From: Zygnema circumcarinatum SAG 698-1b
Lineage: Eukaryota > Plantae > Zygnematophyceae
DNA length: 64,000 nt
Assembly (NCBI GenBank): GCA_037447605.1
Contig: CM074804.1
Location: 1,674,001-1,738,000, forward strand
Direction: 5' to 3'
The notes below the pieces were generated by a model. That model ran no database searches, was not told where the DNA came from, and saw only the letters and a list, made by a program, of their open reading frames with translations. Both the position numbers and the translations under genes were made by a program. This document shows, one piece after another, positions 39,301 through 50,800 of the stretch. The stretch's first letter is position 1. Each line of letters opens with the position of its first letter.

Positions 39301-40329
39301 TTAAAAACCAAAGTAGAGATTCGACTGAGGAAAGCCGCAGCCATTCAGTGGGCCGGTCTTGAATTCAGCGCCAAAAAAGGAGCGGTTCAGCCTCTTAACT
39401 TTTCAGACGGTGAGTTTTTGCATTGTAGGGTTCGGGGTTTTGGGTGTTTGGTTTAGTATTAAGGTGTGCATCTAATGCTTTGCCTTTGATTAAGTAGGTT
39501 TCGTCTTGTATGGGCTAGGACTTTATAACGACGTTTTTGTTTTTTTTTTTTGTTTATATATATTTTCTTAAATTTCCAGGAAGGGCAGAGGCTGTGACAA
39601 GTCGGTATCCGACTTCAAGCAGAAAGAACGATGTCGATTGGGACAAGCTGGAGGCGGAGGTGAAGAAGGAGGTGAGCGCATGCCTTGAAATGAAACGAGA
39701 GAAAGTGGAGAGAGAGGGAGAGAGGGAGAGGGTGAGGGAGAGGGGAAGATGGGGACGAGAGGGAGGGGAGCGAGAGACAGATGTGAATTACGACGGTCTA
39801 ACGTTCCTTCATTTCCCTCTCTCTCTTCCTCCGTCCCCCCCCGCAGGAGAAGGACGAGAAGCTGGACGGAGAGGCCGGTCTGAACAAACTCTTTCAGGAC
39901 ATCTACAAAAACGCAGATGAGGACACTCGCCGGGCCATGAACAAGTCCTTTGTATGTCTCTCTTTCTCTCTTTCTCTCTTTCTTTCCCTCGCCCTCGCGC
40001 TCTCCCTCTCCCTTTTCTTCTCCCTGTCCCTCTCCGTCTCACCGTCTCGCCTTCTCCCCTTCTCCTCGTCTCCCTTTTTCCCCTTCGCCCCTTCTCCCCT
40101 TCTCCTCCTCCCTCACTCCCTCGCTCCCTGTCTCTCCCCTTCCTTCCCCCACCCTTCTCTTGCATTCTCTCCTCTCTCTCTTGCATTGTTTTAATTTTAT
40201 ATAATTTTTCTTATATAATTTTTCAACATGGTGGTTCCCGCACAGGTGGAATCAAAAGGCACAGTTTTGTCCACCAATTGGAAGGACATCGGAGTGAAGC
40301 ATGTGGATCCGCACCCGCCATCGCAATGA
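36364..40329 (+). CDS. SGT1: SGT1 HSP90 co-chaperone (TPR, CS and SGS domains)
   Basis: [28 protein letters not shown] (TPR), RHEWYQT (CS) and [12 protein letters not shown]...[39 protein letters not shown] (SGS). The 3' end is somewhat uncertain. Confidence 0.93.
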
Positions 40330-40792
40330 GTGTTTCATTCTGAATTTAGGGTTCAGGCGTCCCCCCGGAAACGTGGATTGAAGTGTATAGTCTTTTGTTG
40401 GAGATGAGATTTTTAGTTCGTGTAGGAGGTAAGGGAAGATGGAAGCCTGTGTTTTCTATCGTAAATCCTCTGTCTCCCCCCTCTCCCACTCTCTCCGTGG
40501 TTTACCGCTGTCGCTTTAATCATTGCATATGAATTAAAAATCTACAAAAGCACGTCCACTTTTTTAAGGAACACAATGACAATTCCAAAATTGAAGCATT
40601 TACAAAATCCTAGAAGCTCTAGAAAATCCAAATCCCAACTTTGGGAGGTTTTCAACTAAGTGAGAGGATAGATGCCCTGTCTGGTTGAAGATTGGGTACT
40701 GAATTACTTGGAACTTCCTCCCAAAAAGAAGGGGCGTTGAAGTTCTAAGTCCATGGATCAAGATCAACCGTCGATCAGTGGATCTTGACAAA

Positions 40793-43268
40793 TCAACCAA
40801 CTGAAGTTTGAATCAATGGTGGTCCTTCCAAAGCGTCGGCATCTTCCCGTGGAGTTTGATGGAACAGCAGCTGCATGGAAATGAGATGTCATACAGGAAA
40901 TAGATACTCCTTAGGAATCGCAAAAGCGCAAACCCCAAGATAAACCTGTGAAAAAAAAAATAACTTTGAAATCTAAAAAAACAAGAGATCTTTCATATCC
41001 TAAAAATACTAAAAGCCCAAACGACTTGAACGACTATCTGATCCGTGAAAGCCATTGCATGAGCAGCCACACGATTTCCTTACAACACCGTAGAAATGAA
41101 GGCTTGAAAGTCAGCTTGTTATCGGGAGAAGGGGCGAGGGAAAGTGGGAAAGAATGGGCGTGCGAGAGAGCCGAGAAAGAAAGAGAGAACCACACTCCAT
41201 CCTGATCAAATACGGCAATCGCGCAGTTCCCTTACCTTGGTCAGTGTGTGAGAGAGGATTCCTATTGGTCCAAACATGAGGCAAAGAACCAGCGAATGGC
41301 GAGTCTCCAACTTGTGCTGCAACCCATCCAAAAAGACCTGCCTGCCCGCCGCAACAAAAACCAGTCACGCTTCAGAACAGAGGAGAAATACCCAAGCATG
41401 ATTACTTTTGAGGAGAGTGCGAAGAAGGAGAGGAAGGGGGAAGAAAAAGGGCAAGGGAGAGTTGGAAAAAGGAGAAACGCAAAGAGAGAGCGAGAGCGAG
41501 AGAGTGAGAGGGGGAGCGGGAGAGAGAGAGAGAGAGATCATTGAGAAGCTGTTCAGAGAAGCTGTTGGTTTCTACCTCGCAGCAAACAGATCGACCGCCA
41601 AAAGATGAATCCAAGCAGAGGCGACGGTCAGCGTGCTGGAAAACATTCTCGTAATTCCGGGCAGCTGGGCAGATGAAAAAAGGAAAGTCCCATTTTCATG
41701 AGCAGGTTGAAGTCAGAATCGTTTAGATGCAGACATAATGCAGATCGCATTTTTAGCTCATACTCATAGCTGTAAAAATGCTAAAGTTTTCATTAGAATA
41801 CATTAAAGTCAATTCAAAAGTTACTTTAGTTATGGGTACCTTTCAAGTTTATTTGAGGGCCTTAAAGTTTTAACCGTACCTCGGGCAGCCAGTACTTGCT
41901 GGAAAACATAAGAGGGAGAGTCTCCGGAGTCCAAGAGAGAGAGAGGAGGTAGAGGTAGAGAGAGCCCAAAACAATGTACGGGATGGAGCTCTCAGCAAAC
42001 CTGCGAGTCTGGAACATGGAACGATGTACACGTCAGAAGATGAGAGAGCAAGAGAGGGAGAGAACGAAGAAGAGCGACAGAGAGAGAGAGAGAGAATTGG
42101 GGAGAAAAGGAAAGAAAGAGAAGTTGGTGCGGGAGTTGGAGAGGCGACGAAGTGAAGTGAGGGAGACTATGGAAAGGTGACGAGGTGGAGAGAAGGGAGT
42201 GCAAATGCGGGCGAAAAGGGTTGAGAGAGAAAGTGAAGAGGGAGGCGAGACCTGCTTAAATTAATAAACCCATTATGCATTAACATCCTTCACCTAAACA
42301 TTCGTGACTTTTGTAACATTCAAATAAATTCGTGCTAGTTCATGTGTTGACATATTTAGACTGGTGTAAAGTTCAAGCTTAAAGGTTAAAGATCAATAAC
42401 TAACGACTAAAAGAGTAAAGCGCGATAGTATGAAAGCCTTTTTGGAATTCTCACCATCGGCCAATGGGGAGCAAATATCATTGTGGTGTAGAGCGGCATC
42501 ACAAAGGCAGTTGCGAATGTGAACAGAGCCGCCGCTACTTGCGCACTCGCTGAAACTAAAGGGACTGAAAAGTCAAAGATAACTCGACATTCAAATAAAT
42601 AATTCAGAGGTCGTTTTTATCCCCTTCCTCCATCCTCCCCACCGCCAAAAAAAAAAAAAAAAAAGGGGAGTGGGGGAGACCGGGGGAGGAGTGGTATTTC
42701 TATGTATCTCTGAAGCCTTAATTCTGGAAGGCTTTTAGTTCAAAAACAACCCACTCAAGAAAATGAAAAAAAAAAAAGGAAACAAGACAGAAAAAATGAA
42801 AGAACATTAAGGGGCCCCCAAAAAATGGGAATTCTGCAATTCCTATCACTTTTCGCTCCCCTCCCCCTCCCACCCTGTTTTTTTTTTTTTTTTTTTTTTG
42901 AATTAACTTTTTGAAAGGATACGGCTGGCGCTCACAGCTCCGATTTTCCTACTTCCCTCCCGCATTCCGTGTGACCCTCCATTCCGTTTCAGCGTCGTTA
43001 AGCCTAACCCAAAGAAGGTCCTTCGCCGTAAAACTTGAATACTGCCCCTTGAGGAACCTTCCTGGAAGGAGCGAATAGCCCAGCTGCTCTTCAGTGGGGG
43101 GGGAGCGGACGGCTGGCGTTGCTGTCGAGAGAGCAGCCATGGCTGCTGGCGTGGGAGGGAGGGAGAGAGTAGAGAGAAAGGCGAGAGAGGACAGTGAGGA
43201 AGGTGGGGACCAGAGAGAGTTTTGGAAGCCATGGCCGAGCATGACTGCAGCTTCACTATGTCAGCCAT
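40793..43268 (-). CDS. ABA4: ABA4 / DUF4281 neoxanthin-synthesis membrane protein, plastid-targeted
   Basis: Exon 1 (43268 or 43232 to 42923) is transit-peptide-like. Later exons give [78 protein letters not shown] and [18 protein letters not shown]. The last exon is 40870-40793. Confidence 0.92.
42550..42922 (-). other. Candidate U12-type (minor) GT-AG intron, first intron of ABA4
   Basis: The donor reads GTATCCTTT (42922-42914), an exact U12 5' consensus in the required phase 1. A branch-point-like ATCTTTGAC lies at 42580-42572. Confidence 0.6.
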
Positions 43269-43491
43269 GGCTATACCCACGAAGGAAGAGGAGCGGCAAC
43301 CAGCAAGAGAGAGAGATAGAGAGAGAGCTCTATGCAGCAAACGACGAGTTTATCAACTCTTTCAAGCAGAATTCAGCAGCATGGCTCGGCTCCGGCAGCC
43401 ATGGCTGCCACCTGGCGAAGCTCAGCTCAGCTGACAGCTTGCATGGAGCTCCGCCTAGGCGGCCATGGCTTTCAGAATGTAGAGAAGGGGG

Positions 43492-43764
43492 CACGTGGCG
43501 AAATACGGCAGACCTATGCTGGCCTATAAGAGGCTTCCCCGTTGATCCAATCTCTCCCTCCAAAAGTCGACCCAATGTGGAGACGAGGGCGAGCCCAACA
43601 AAAACCAAAAAGATCAGTTTCCTCCAAACCGCGCTCGCCCTCGCCAATCGCAGCTCGAAAGTGGCGGAGGCGCGGTGGGAGGAGGCGAAAGATAGAGGGG
43701 ATCGGGGGGGAGGGGGGGAGGGCGCCACGTAGCAGGTAGGAGGGCCACGGGGACGACACGTGGC
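43492..43764. promoter_or_regulatory. Three G-box/ABRE cores (ACGTGGC) upstream of ABA4
   Basis: GCACGTGGC (43491-43499), GCCACGT (43724-43730) and GACACGTGGC (43755-43764). Confidence 0.45.
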
Positions 43765-44800
43765 GACGCGCATTGCCCGCGTGGAGTGACCGTCCAGCTC
43801 GCAGGGCTGCTTGTATCGGATGGGCTGTGCGATATATCGGGGCATAGGGTCGATGTTAATGGGCACCTCCGTCACGTAAGGTGACAGAATCCGTTGCCCG
43901 TTTTATCCTGTAGTTGCTGCTTCTGCTACTGCTCTTTTTGTCCTTTTCTGGCTTCTCTAAGACCACCATTTGAATTTGTCTAGTTGATTTTGGTAGATCA
44001 TTTGTGAAGGGCCATGGCTTTTTTGGCAAATTTTTAATGACACTCGCATTAACACACACTAGTTAACGAATTAATTATTCAATTAACAGACATTGAAACA
44101 CTCAGACTCCTATGGAGGACCGTTTGGTCAGGCCATGGCGAAAATCTTCAAGACTATGGCGGCTGAGTATTGCTGCATTAGTGTGGGAGAAAGGGGTGTT
44201 TCGCAACTAAGGCTATTCTTAACCGTACAAGAATCTGTCAATTTTGGTTAGATTTGCTTTATCACGTGAGGCAATTATTTGACTAACGATAAATACATGA
44301 AATGTTGGAAGAGAACCTTTTAGGTTGATCTGCATGCCGAGTACGAAGAAAAAAAGTAGACTGCATGGGAGGGGGAAGGGAGGGTGAGAGGGGGGGCGGA
44401 GGGGGGAGGTGGAAGGTGCTTCTATGATCGGGAGTAAGGGGGTTCGAAGAAAATCGACACACCACACAACTTCATCAGAAGGGTGGACCTGCACACAAGT
44501 TGCCACATGGCACGGCCTCGAAACCGTCCCAAAGTTGCAAAGTTGTTGTTTTTCTCCGTCTTACAATAGCAGTGACAAAAACTAATAACAAATTTGCAAT
44601 GTGAAGCGTACAGTGGATGATTTTGACCGAATTTTTATTACGTGAGTCCACAAACAGCCATACAAAAACAGACAACGAGAAGGATATTGACTGGTAGGCC
44701 TCCCATTCACCCAAAGTAATGTAAATCTAATTCCCCAAAACCCAGCAGTCCCATAGACCCTGAACCCCTAAACCCCTCAGCTTCACTCCTTCCCTTCCCC

Positions 44801-47800
44801 TTACACATCCCCAGACCTCATCTCGCTGGGCCCCTCGCCACGCCTAACAAAATGAGCTTCAAAGTCTATCTTCCCTTGCCCCCCCAAAGGTTGTGCCGAG
44901 CTTTCACATACATTATGTACAGAAGTAGAAGCAGAGGATCTGAATTGGCCTAGACCCCTATCCTGATCCAGACCTGGAGCAGGAGGAGGGGCTGGACCTG
45001 CCTGAGGAGGGACCATGAAGTTAGGAAGATGCATGGGACCCTGAGCTTGTCCTGCATGGAATGCTTGAGCTGCCTGCTCAGCCGCCTTCTCGTTCTCCAT
45101 CTCCTCCAACACTTCATTCCACGCCGCCTTCTTCTCCTCCTCACTGAGCTTCTCCTCGTCCAGCTCTTGTAGCAGATGCCCGTGCTCATGGTGGCGCACG
45201 ATCCACCTGAGCCAATGCAGGGGAGAGAGAGGAAAAATGGAAAGGTTTATTGAAGGGTATGGGAGACGGGAGCAGGCAGAGAGAGTAGTTGGAAAAAAGT
45301 TGGCGAAATGCGATAAGTCTAGCGCCGTTCTGGAAAGTATGGAAACAAAAAAAGGCAGGTGAACGAGTTCGATTCCGAAATGAGCGAGGCAAGGAATTCC
45401 GAGGGAGAAGGAGAGGAGTAGGAGAGGGAGTAAAGGGAGGAGGTTGGGAGTGAGAGAAAGAGAGAAGAGAAAGTTTAGGAAATACTCACTTTGGTCTGTG
45501 CTTCAGAAGCAGCCTTTTCAGGACAACGTCCTTTGGTGGCTTTCCATCGGGTATTATGAAGCCTCGAGCTCCCCAACTTGAATTTCTCTCCCATACGTTG
45601 GGAGTGTCCTTGCCTTCATCCTCTGCCTGCCCGCCAACTGTTACAGAAGGAGGTCCGTTCCCAGTGTCACCTGTTTCTCCAGTCCTCTTTATGCCTTCAT
45701 CTGGGTCACCACTATGACAAAGCGGGGTTGTGAATTTTTTAAGCACAGATTCCGGAACGATTTCTGTTAAGCTTCCGCCCTTGTTGCTATGTGTCTCTGA
45801 AACATGTTGCAGGTCTCCACTGCTCTCTCCAACTGCCTCTCCCGCAGATGGGCAGCTCCGTTGAGGAGGAGCGTCGGTCTCCCGAAAAGGTGACAGATTT
45901 TCCCAATCCAACTCGTCGAACTGAAAGTCGTCACCATCCTCATCCAAGTGAAACAAGACTTCAAGATCGGCATTTGTGAAGTGCCGGGCCACGTGATGGG
46001 AGTCAACTACCCTTGCTGCTAGGCCTTCCTTGCTCACCTGCATGCACGGAGGACGAAGGGAATTGACAGAGGGTAATTAACGGAGATGGTAAACATGTCA
46101 ATCAGGTAATGTAGTAAAAGGGTAAACCGGTAACCTACCTACCGCTCCGGTCCCGCTTCTACCTCCCGCTCTTTCTCTCTTTCTATGTCATGTAAAGCCG
46201 AACCGGGAATTCAACGAGCAAACAAAGTCAAGCACGATGAGGTAATGGAACTCAATAAACGACCAGCACGACTATCAAACATTGGAACAGTTTGTTAAAA
46301 TTAAGAACGAAGGGCAGTGGCTACAGGATACAAAAGCGTACCTGTCGATGATAGACCTTCTCCTCTATCGTCCCATAAGATACCAAGCGATAAGCAACGA
46401 CTTCTTTTGTTTGCCCAAACCTGCCATGAGCAATGCCATTCACGTGGTTTACGCCATCACATAAGAAAAGCATCTGTACACATAGAAAGTTTGACGAATC
46501 TTCACGCTTTACCCTCTCTCTTCTCTATAGAAGAAGAGACGGGAGAGTAAAGCTGGCTAAGGAAGGCGGAAGGAAGAGAGTAGGGAAAGGAGGGAGGATG
46601 GGAGGCCAAGGAGGGAGGGCAGAGAGGTTACAAACCTCCAGACTCTGTAGACAGCTTGCAGGTCATGAGTAGGGTTCCATCCTCCATCCATGAGTACAAC
46701 ACGGTTTGCTGCAGTAAGGTTGATGCCCACCCCCCCTGCCCTTGTGGAGATGAGCATACACGTCACAGTCGCATTCCTTGGATCATTGAAGCGATCCACC
46801 AGCTTTTGCCTCTTCCTTGAAGGTACAGTGCCGTCAATCCTGCGGAGATGCGGGTGACGAAATGTAGAATGGAAATTGAGAATTGACAAGAAGGAGCCGA
46901 GGAAAAACTTCAAAGCGATAATATGGCTTTGATACACGCCCTCTTCACGAAAAAATTCTCAGGTAATTCTAACAGCAATGAGAATGCATCTGAAAACAAC
47001 GAGGGCACTGCTATTGTTTCGTGAGATCTTACCTGTAATATTCGTGGTTTTTTCTCCATCCCTGCTTCCCTTCGTTGGTAAAAGTTGAGAGGAAATCTTC
47101 GATCATGTTAAGTGTGTGAAGGCTGTGGCTGAAAATCAACACTTTTTCCGCTGCTTTAGTGGTCTGCTCCAGAATGTCCATGAGAACGACCATTTTCCCC
47201 GAATGTCGTAAGTGACAGCCAGGTTGTGCAGCTAGTATCTTCTCCCACCAGTTCTGCGTAATCTGGGAGGACAGTGAGAAAGAGAGTGAGAGCAAGGAAA
47301 GGAGAGCGTTGAAAACTCACCTGCCGATCATATGCTATGTTCATGATTGGCTCCAAAAACGTCACTGTGAATCACTGTGAACAAAGCAACATACCTCTGA
47401 GCTCTTCTTGATAAACTGAGGTGTAACATCTACGGGATTGAGGCCAGCTTGTCCCTGAAGGACTTCATCCATATCATTTTCTGTAGAGCCCAATAGAGAC
47501 AGAAACATAGGGTTACATGTTTCAATTAGCTAATGGAACAGCCTTGTCCTGGCAGTTGCCAAAATGGTGGTAGAAAGGTAGCAAGGTAGACAGCTGATAC
47601 CAGACTTTGCGAGTCAGTCGAGTTTTCACGGGAGATTACCCTGTAGGTTTTTACAGCTATCATATATACTTGATGGCTTGATGGCTTTTTGGGCATGTCT
47701 TTTGCCACCGACACTGCATGTGCAAGGAACGAACCGAGAGTACAGTACCTGGCTTGTCCCCATCATTCTCTGACGAGCTCTTTTGATCTGCTTCATTCCC

Positions 47801-50800
47801 TCCATCCTCAACAGGCTCCTGCTTTTGACTTCTACGAAGCAGGTCCGGATGGTTGCAGATCTGCATATCACATACACCCCTCAGTATTTTCGACCAAGGC
47901 TCAGGCGTGAAAAAACAAAGGGTGATATGACCAGAGTTGATGATGTACTCCGAAAACGCCTTTCAAAATGACAGGATTAGTATTTGCACTCGCATGATTC
48001 TGACTTATGCAATGTCAACCTCCAGAGCATGGAGAATACAAAAGTAAGAACGTTAGGTAGAAGAGGGGAACGAAACGTAAGGAAAAAAAGGTACAGATAT
48101 CCTCACCTTGATAGCTTCTGAATAAACTGTCATGACGTCCACTCCAGCGCCCGATCTAGTAGTTGACTGCCTTACTTTCTTCCAAAACTGATTATAAAGC
48201 ACCCTCTGTAAAGGACTCAATCGTACGGCCACCACATAGACGTGCTTCGCCGGAAGAAACTTCTCCAAAAAATTGCTGCCCCTCCTTTGAACGAACCCAC
48301 GGAGTTGCTGGCTGAGGGCGTAAATGCGTCTCTTCATTCTTTGTGCATCCTTTCGGTCTGCATCTCTCTGCTGGCCTCGCTTTATAGGATTTTCATACCT
48401 GTGAATGCAAAGAAGCGCAAACGTACCAGATGAATCGATATCTATTACTTTTGCTAGTAACCAAGTCGAATGAGCCGTTTCATTTAACCCTGACAGGGTT
48501 TAAAACCTAAAACCTCCTACGCGTGGATGTCAAGCCTTACTTACATAGTGGGAATTGTTTAATAGCTTCTGAAAACATTTCAATCATTTCGAACCACTTG
48601 CAGGTGTATCAATGGTACGACTTCTAATGAGTACAACTGCAACGCTCTCCCCTCTCGTTTCTCCTCACCATCTTGCCCTCCCTGTTCCGATCGTCCTACC
48701 ATACCTCCAGTTCTCTATGACTTTCTTCTTCACTACTCTCATATCCTGGCCTCTCTAATCTCCCTTACTGGAAATGCTCAATAACTAGGTAGCTAACACA
48801 AGGCTCAATAATGGTGAACGGGAACAGCAAGCCAGTGAGGCTAGTTCAGAGCATTTTCATGAAATCAGTCACATCACTCACCTGTTTCTGAACTCCTTCA
48901 GACTACCAAGATGTCCTCTCCTAACAAAATCCACCATCTGCAACGGAACCAAGGGAGGGAATTTAAAACACAAAGGTTGGCTATAAATTTTAAGAAATCC
49001 CCGGAATAAGAGAAACCCAAACAATCGAAATAGATCCTGGTAGCTCTTAAATTAAACGTTTGGAATACTCACGCAGAAGTACTCGGTCAGGTTGTTCTGA
49101 AGTGGCGAGCCGGTTAACGCAATCTTTCTTTTTGTGCTTACATCTCCTAATGCCTTGGTGATTTGAGCTTGTGGGTTCTTGATCAAGTGGGCCTCATCGC
49201 AAATCAGAAGGCTTGGACCAGGATCCTGCACACAATGTACAATCCATGCTCCTACGTTTTCAGATCCACACAAGTACAAGCGTCAATGCGTGTCCTATGC
49301 TAAGGTCCGATACAGAGCCCTCCTGTCTCATCTCCCCTCTCCCCTTCCAAGCAGCATCACATGCATCTATCCCAAACTTAATATCTTGAACAGAAAACGG
49401 GGATGATGAGGGGAACAAGTAATTTGAACGGACTAACATGGACCAGAATGAACCAAGCACTACATCACAACTGATTAGAACAATTCCTGAACGGTTCCTG
49501 ACCTGACGATTCCTAGAACAACATATTGCCAGTCTAGCTCAGTCTCAAACACTCACGAGCAAAATCTGTCATTGCCAATAACCATAGCTCATATGAAACA
49601 TCCTGACACTCTTTCCACTCCTTCCATTCAGGATAATTATACCAAATTACAAAATGCAAGCACAGTTAGCTAAGGAGATATACCACAAGCGTCTTCCAAA
49701 AAGAATCCCTTGCTTTTCTCTCCTTTAGTATCTTCCCAGTCGACAAATTTAAGAATGTGGTGTAACCCATTAGAAAGACTCCACCATCGTTGTGCCATTT
49801 CTCTGCATGCGCTGCTAAATCCTCTTCACACCTGAAAGCATGAAAAGATCAACACAAAAATTAGTTCAACAAATCACAGTTGTTAGACAACAGGGCAAAA
49901 AGAAATTGTCAAAGCACGACTTCAAAACTCGATCACACGACCCGATCCTTAAATTACCTCTTGATATCTTCCAGCATGTAAACATGGATGGCTTTCTTCA
50001 GTCCTGACTGCCACTTCTGAAACTCGTTCTTCCAATTGAAAAGAACGTTGGCGGGTACAACAATCAGCACAGTCTTCAGCTCCAACACCGCGTGATTGAG
50101 GACAGTGTGGAGAAATGCAACCACCTGAAAAGGCCAGACAGATATAGACTGAGAAAGGACAAAATCTATTTTTTCTTAATAAAAGGAAAGCCTTCATATT
50201 TTCATTCTTACATGAGTCACAAGAGGAGCTCATGCCGATGTTCATTGCCTGAGTATTCCGATTTCCATACTGGGATGATGATCACGAACAGTAAACAGCC
50301 AAAGTTGATCCAACCGATGAGGTATATAAGGGTCCGTAGGGGGCCTAAACCAGTGGAAATCTTGCCTGTAATGTCTTTCCCAGACCCATACAATGTGCAA
50401 GGATGCAGCCGACTCCTTCGTCTCCATCCTTTACTTTTTGCACCGATTCAATGCAGTTGTTCCACATGAATCGAATACCTTCAACCTGAAACCAAATAGA
50501 AATATTGAAGAATCATTGTAGAAGTTCAACAAGTAATGTCTTTGAGCGCATTAAAATCGCCATTACAAAAAAAAATACAGGTCGAGCAGTGCGCCTGAAA
50601 GCTCAGTGATTTGAAATATGAATCACAAAAAGAATTATCTGAACATGATGATCTACATACCCCTTTTTTTTCTTTTTTAAAGATTGCTCTCCCTATGCCC
50701 TTGTGAATGCATAAAACTTGGTTTGCAGCAAACCTGATGACGCTTCAGCTGCTTCGAGAGCTGGGGATCGATTCTGATGCGGTCTTCATTATCGTCTCGA

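Noticed and set aside
43330-44059. Minus-strand ORFs between ATRX and ABA4 (181 aa and 67 aa)
   Set aside because: No family motifs or convincing splice links, and they overlap the ABA4 promoter. A small gene cannot be fully excluded.
44680-44687. ATATCCTT (U12 AT-AC donor consensus) on the minus strand
   Set aside because: It lies downstream of the likely ATRX stop, with no upstream exon or matching AC acceptor identified.
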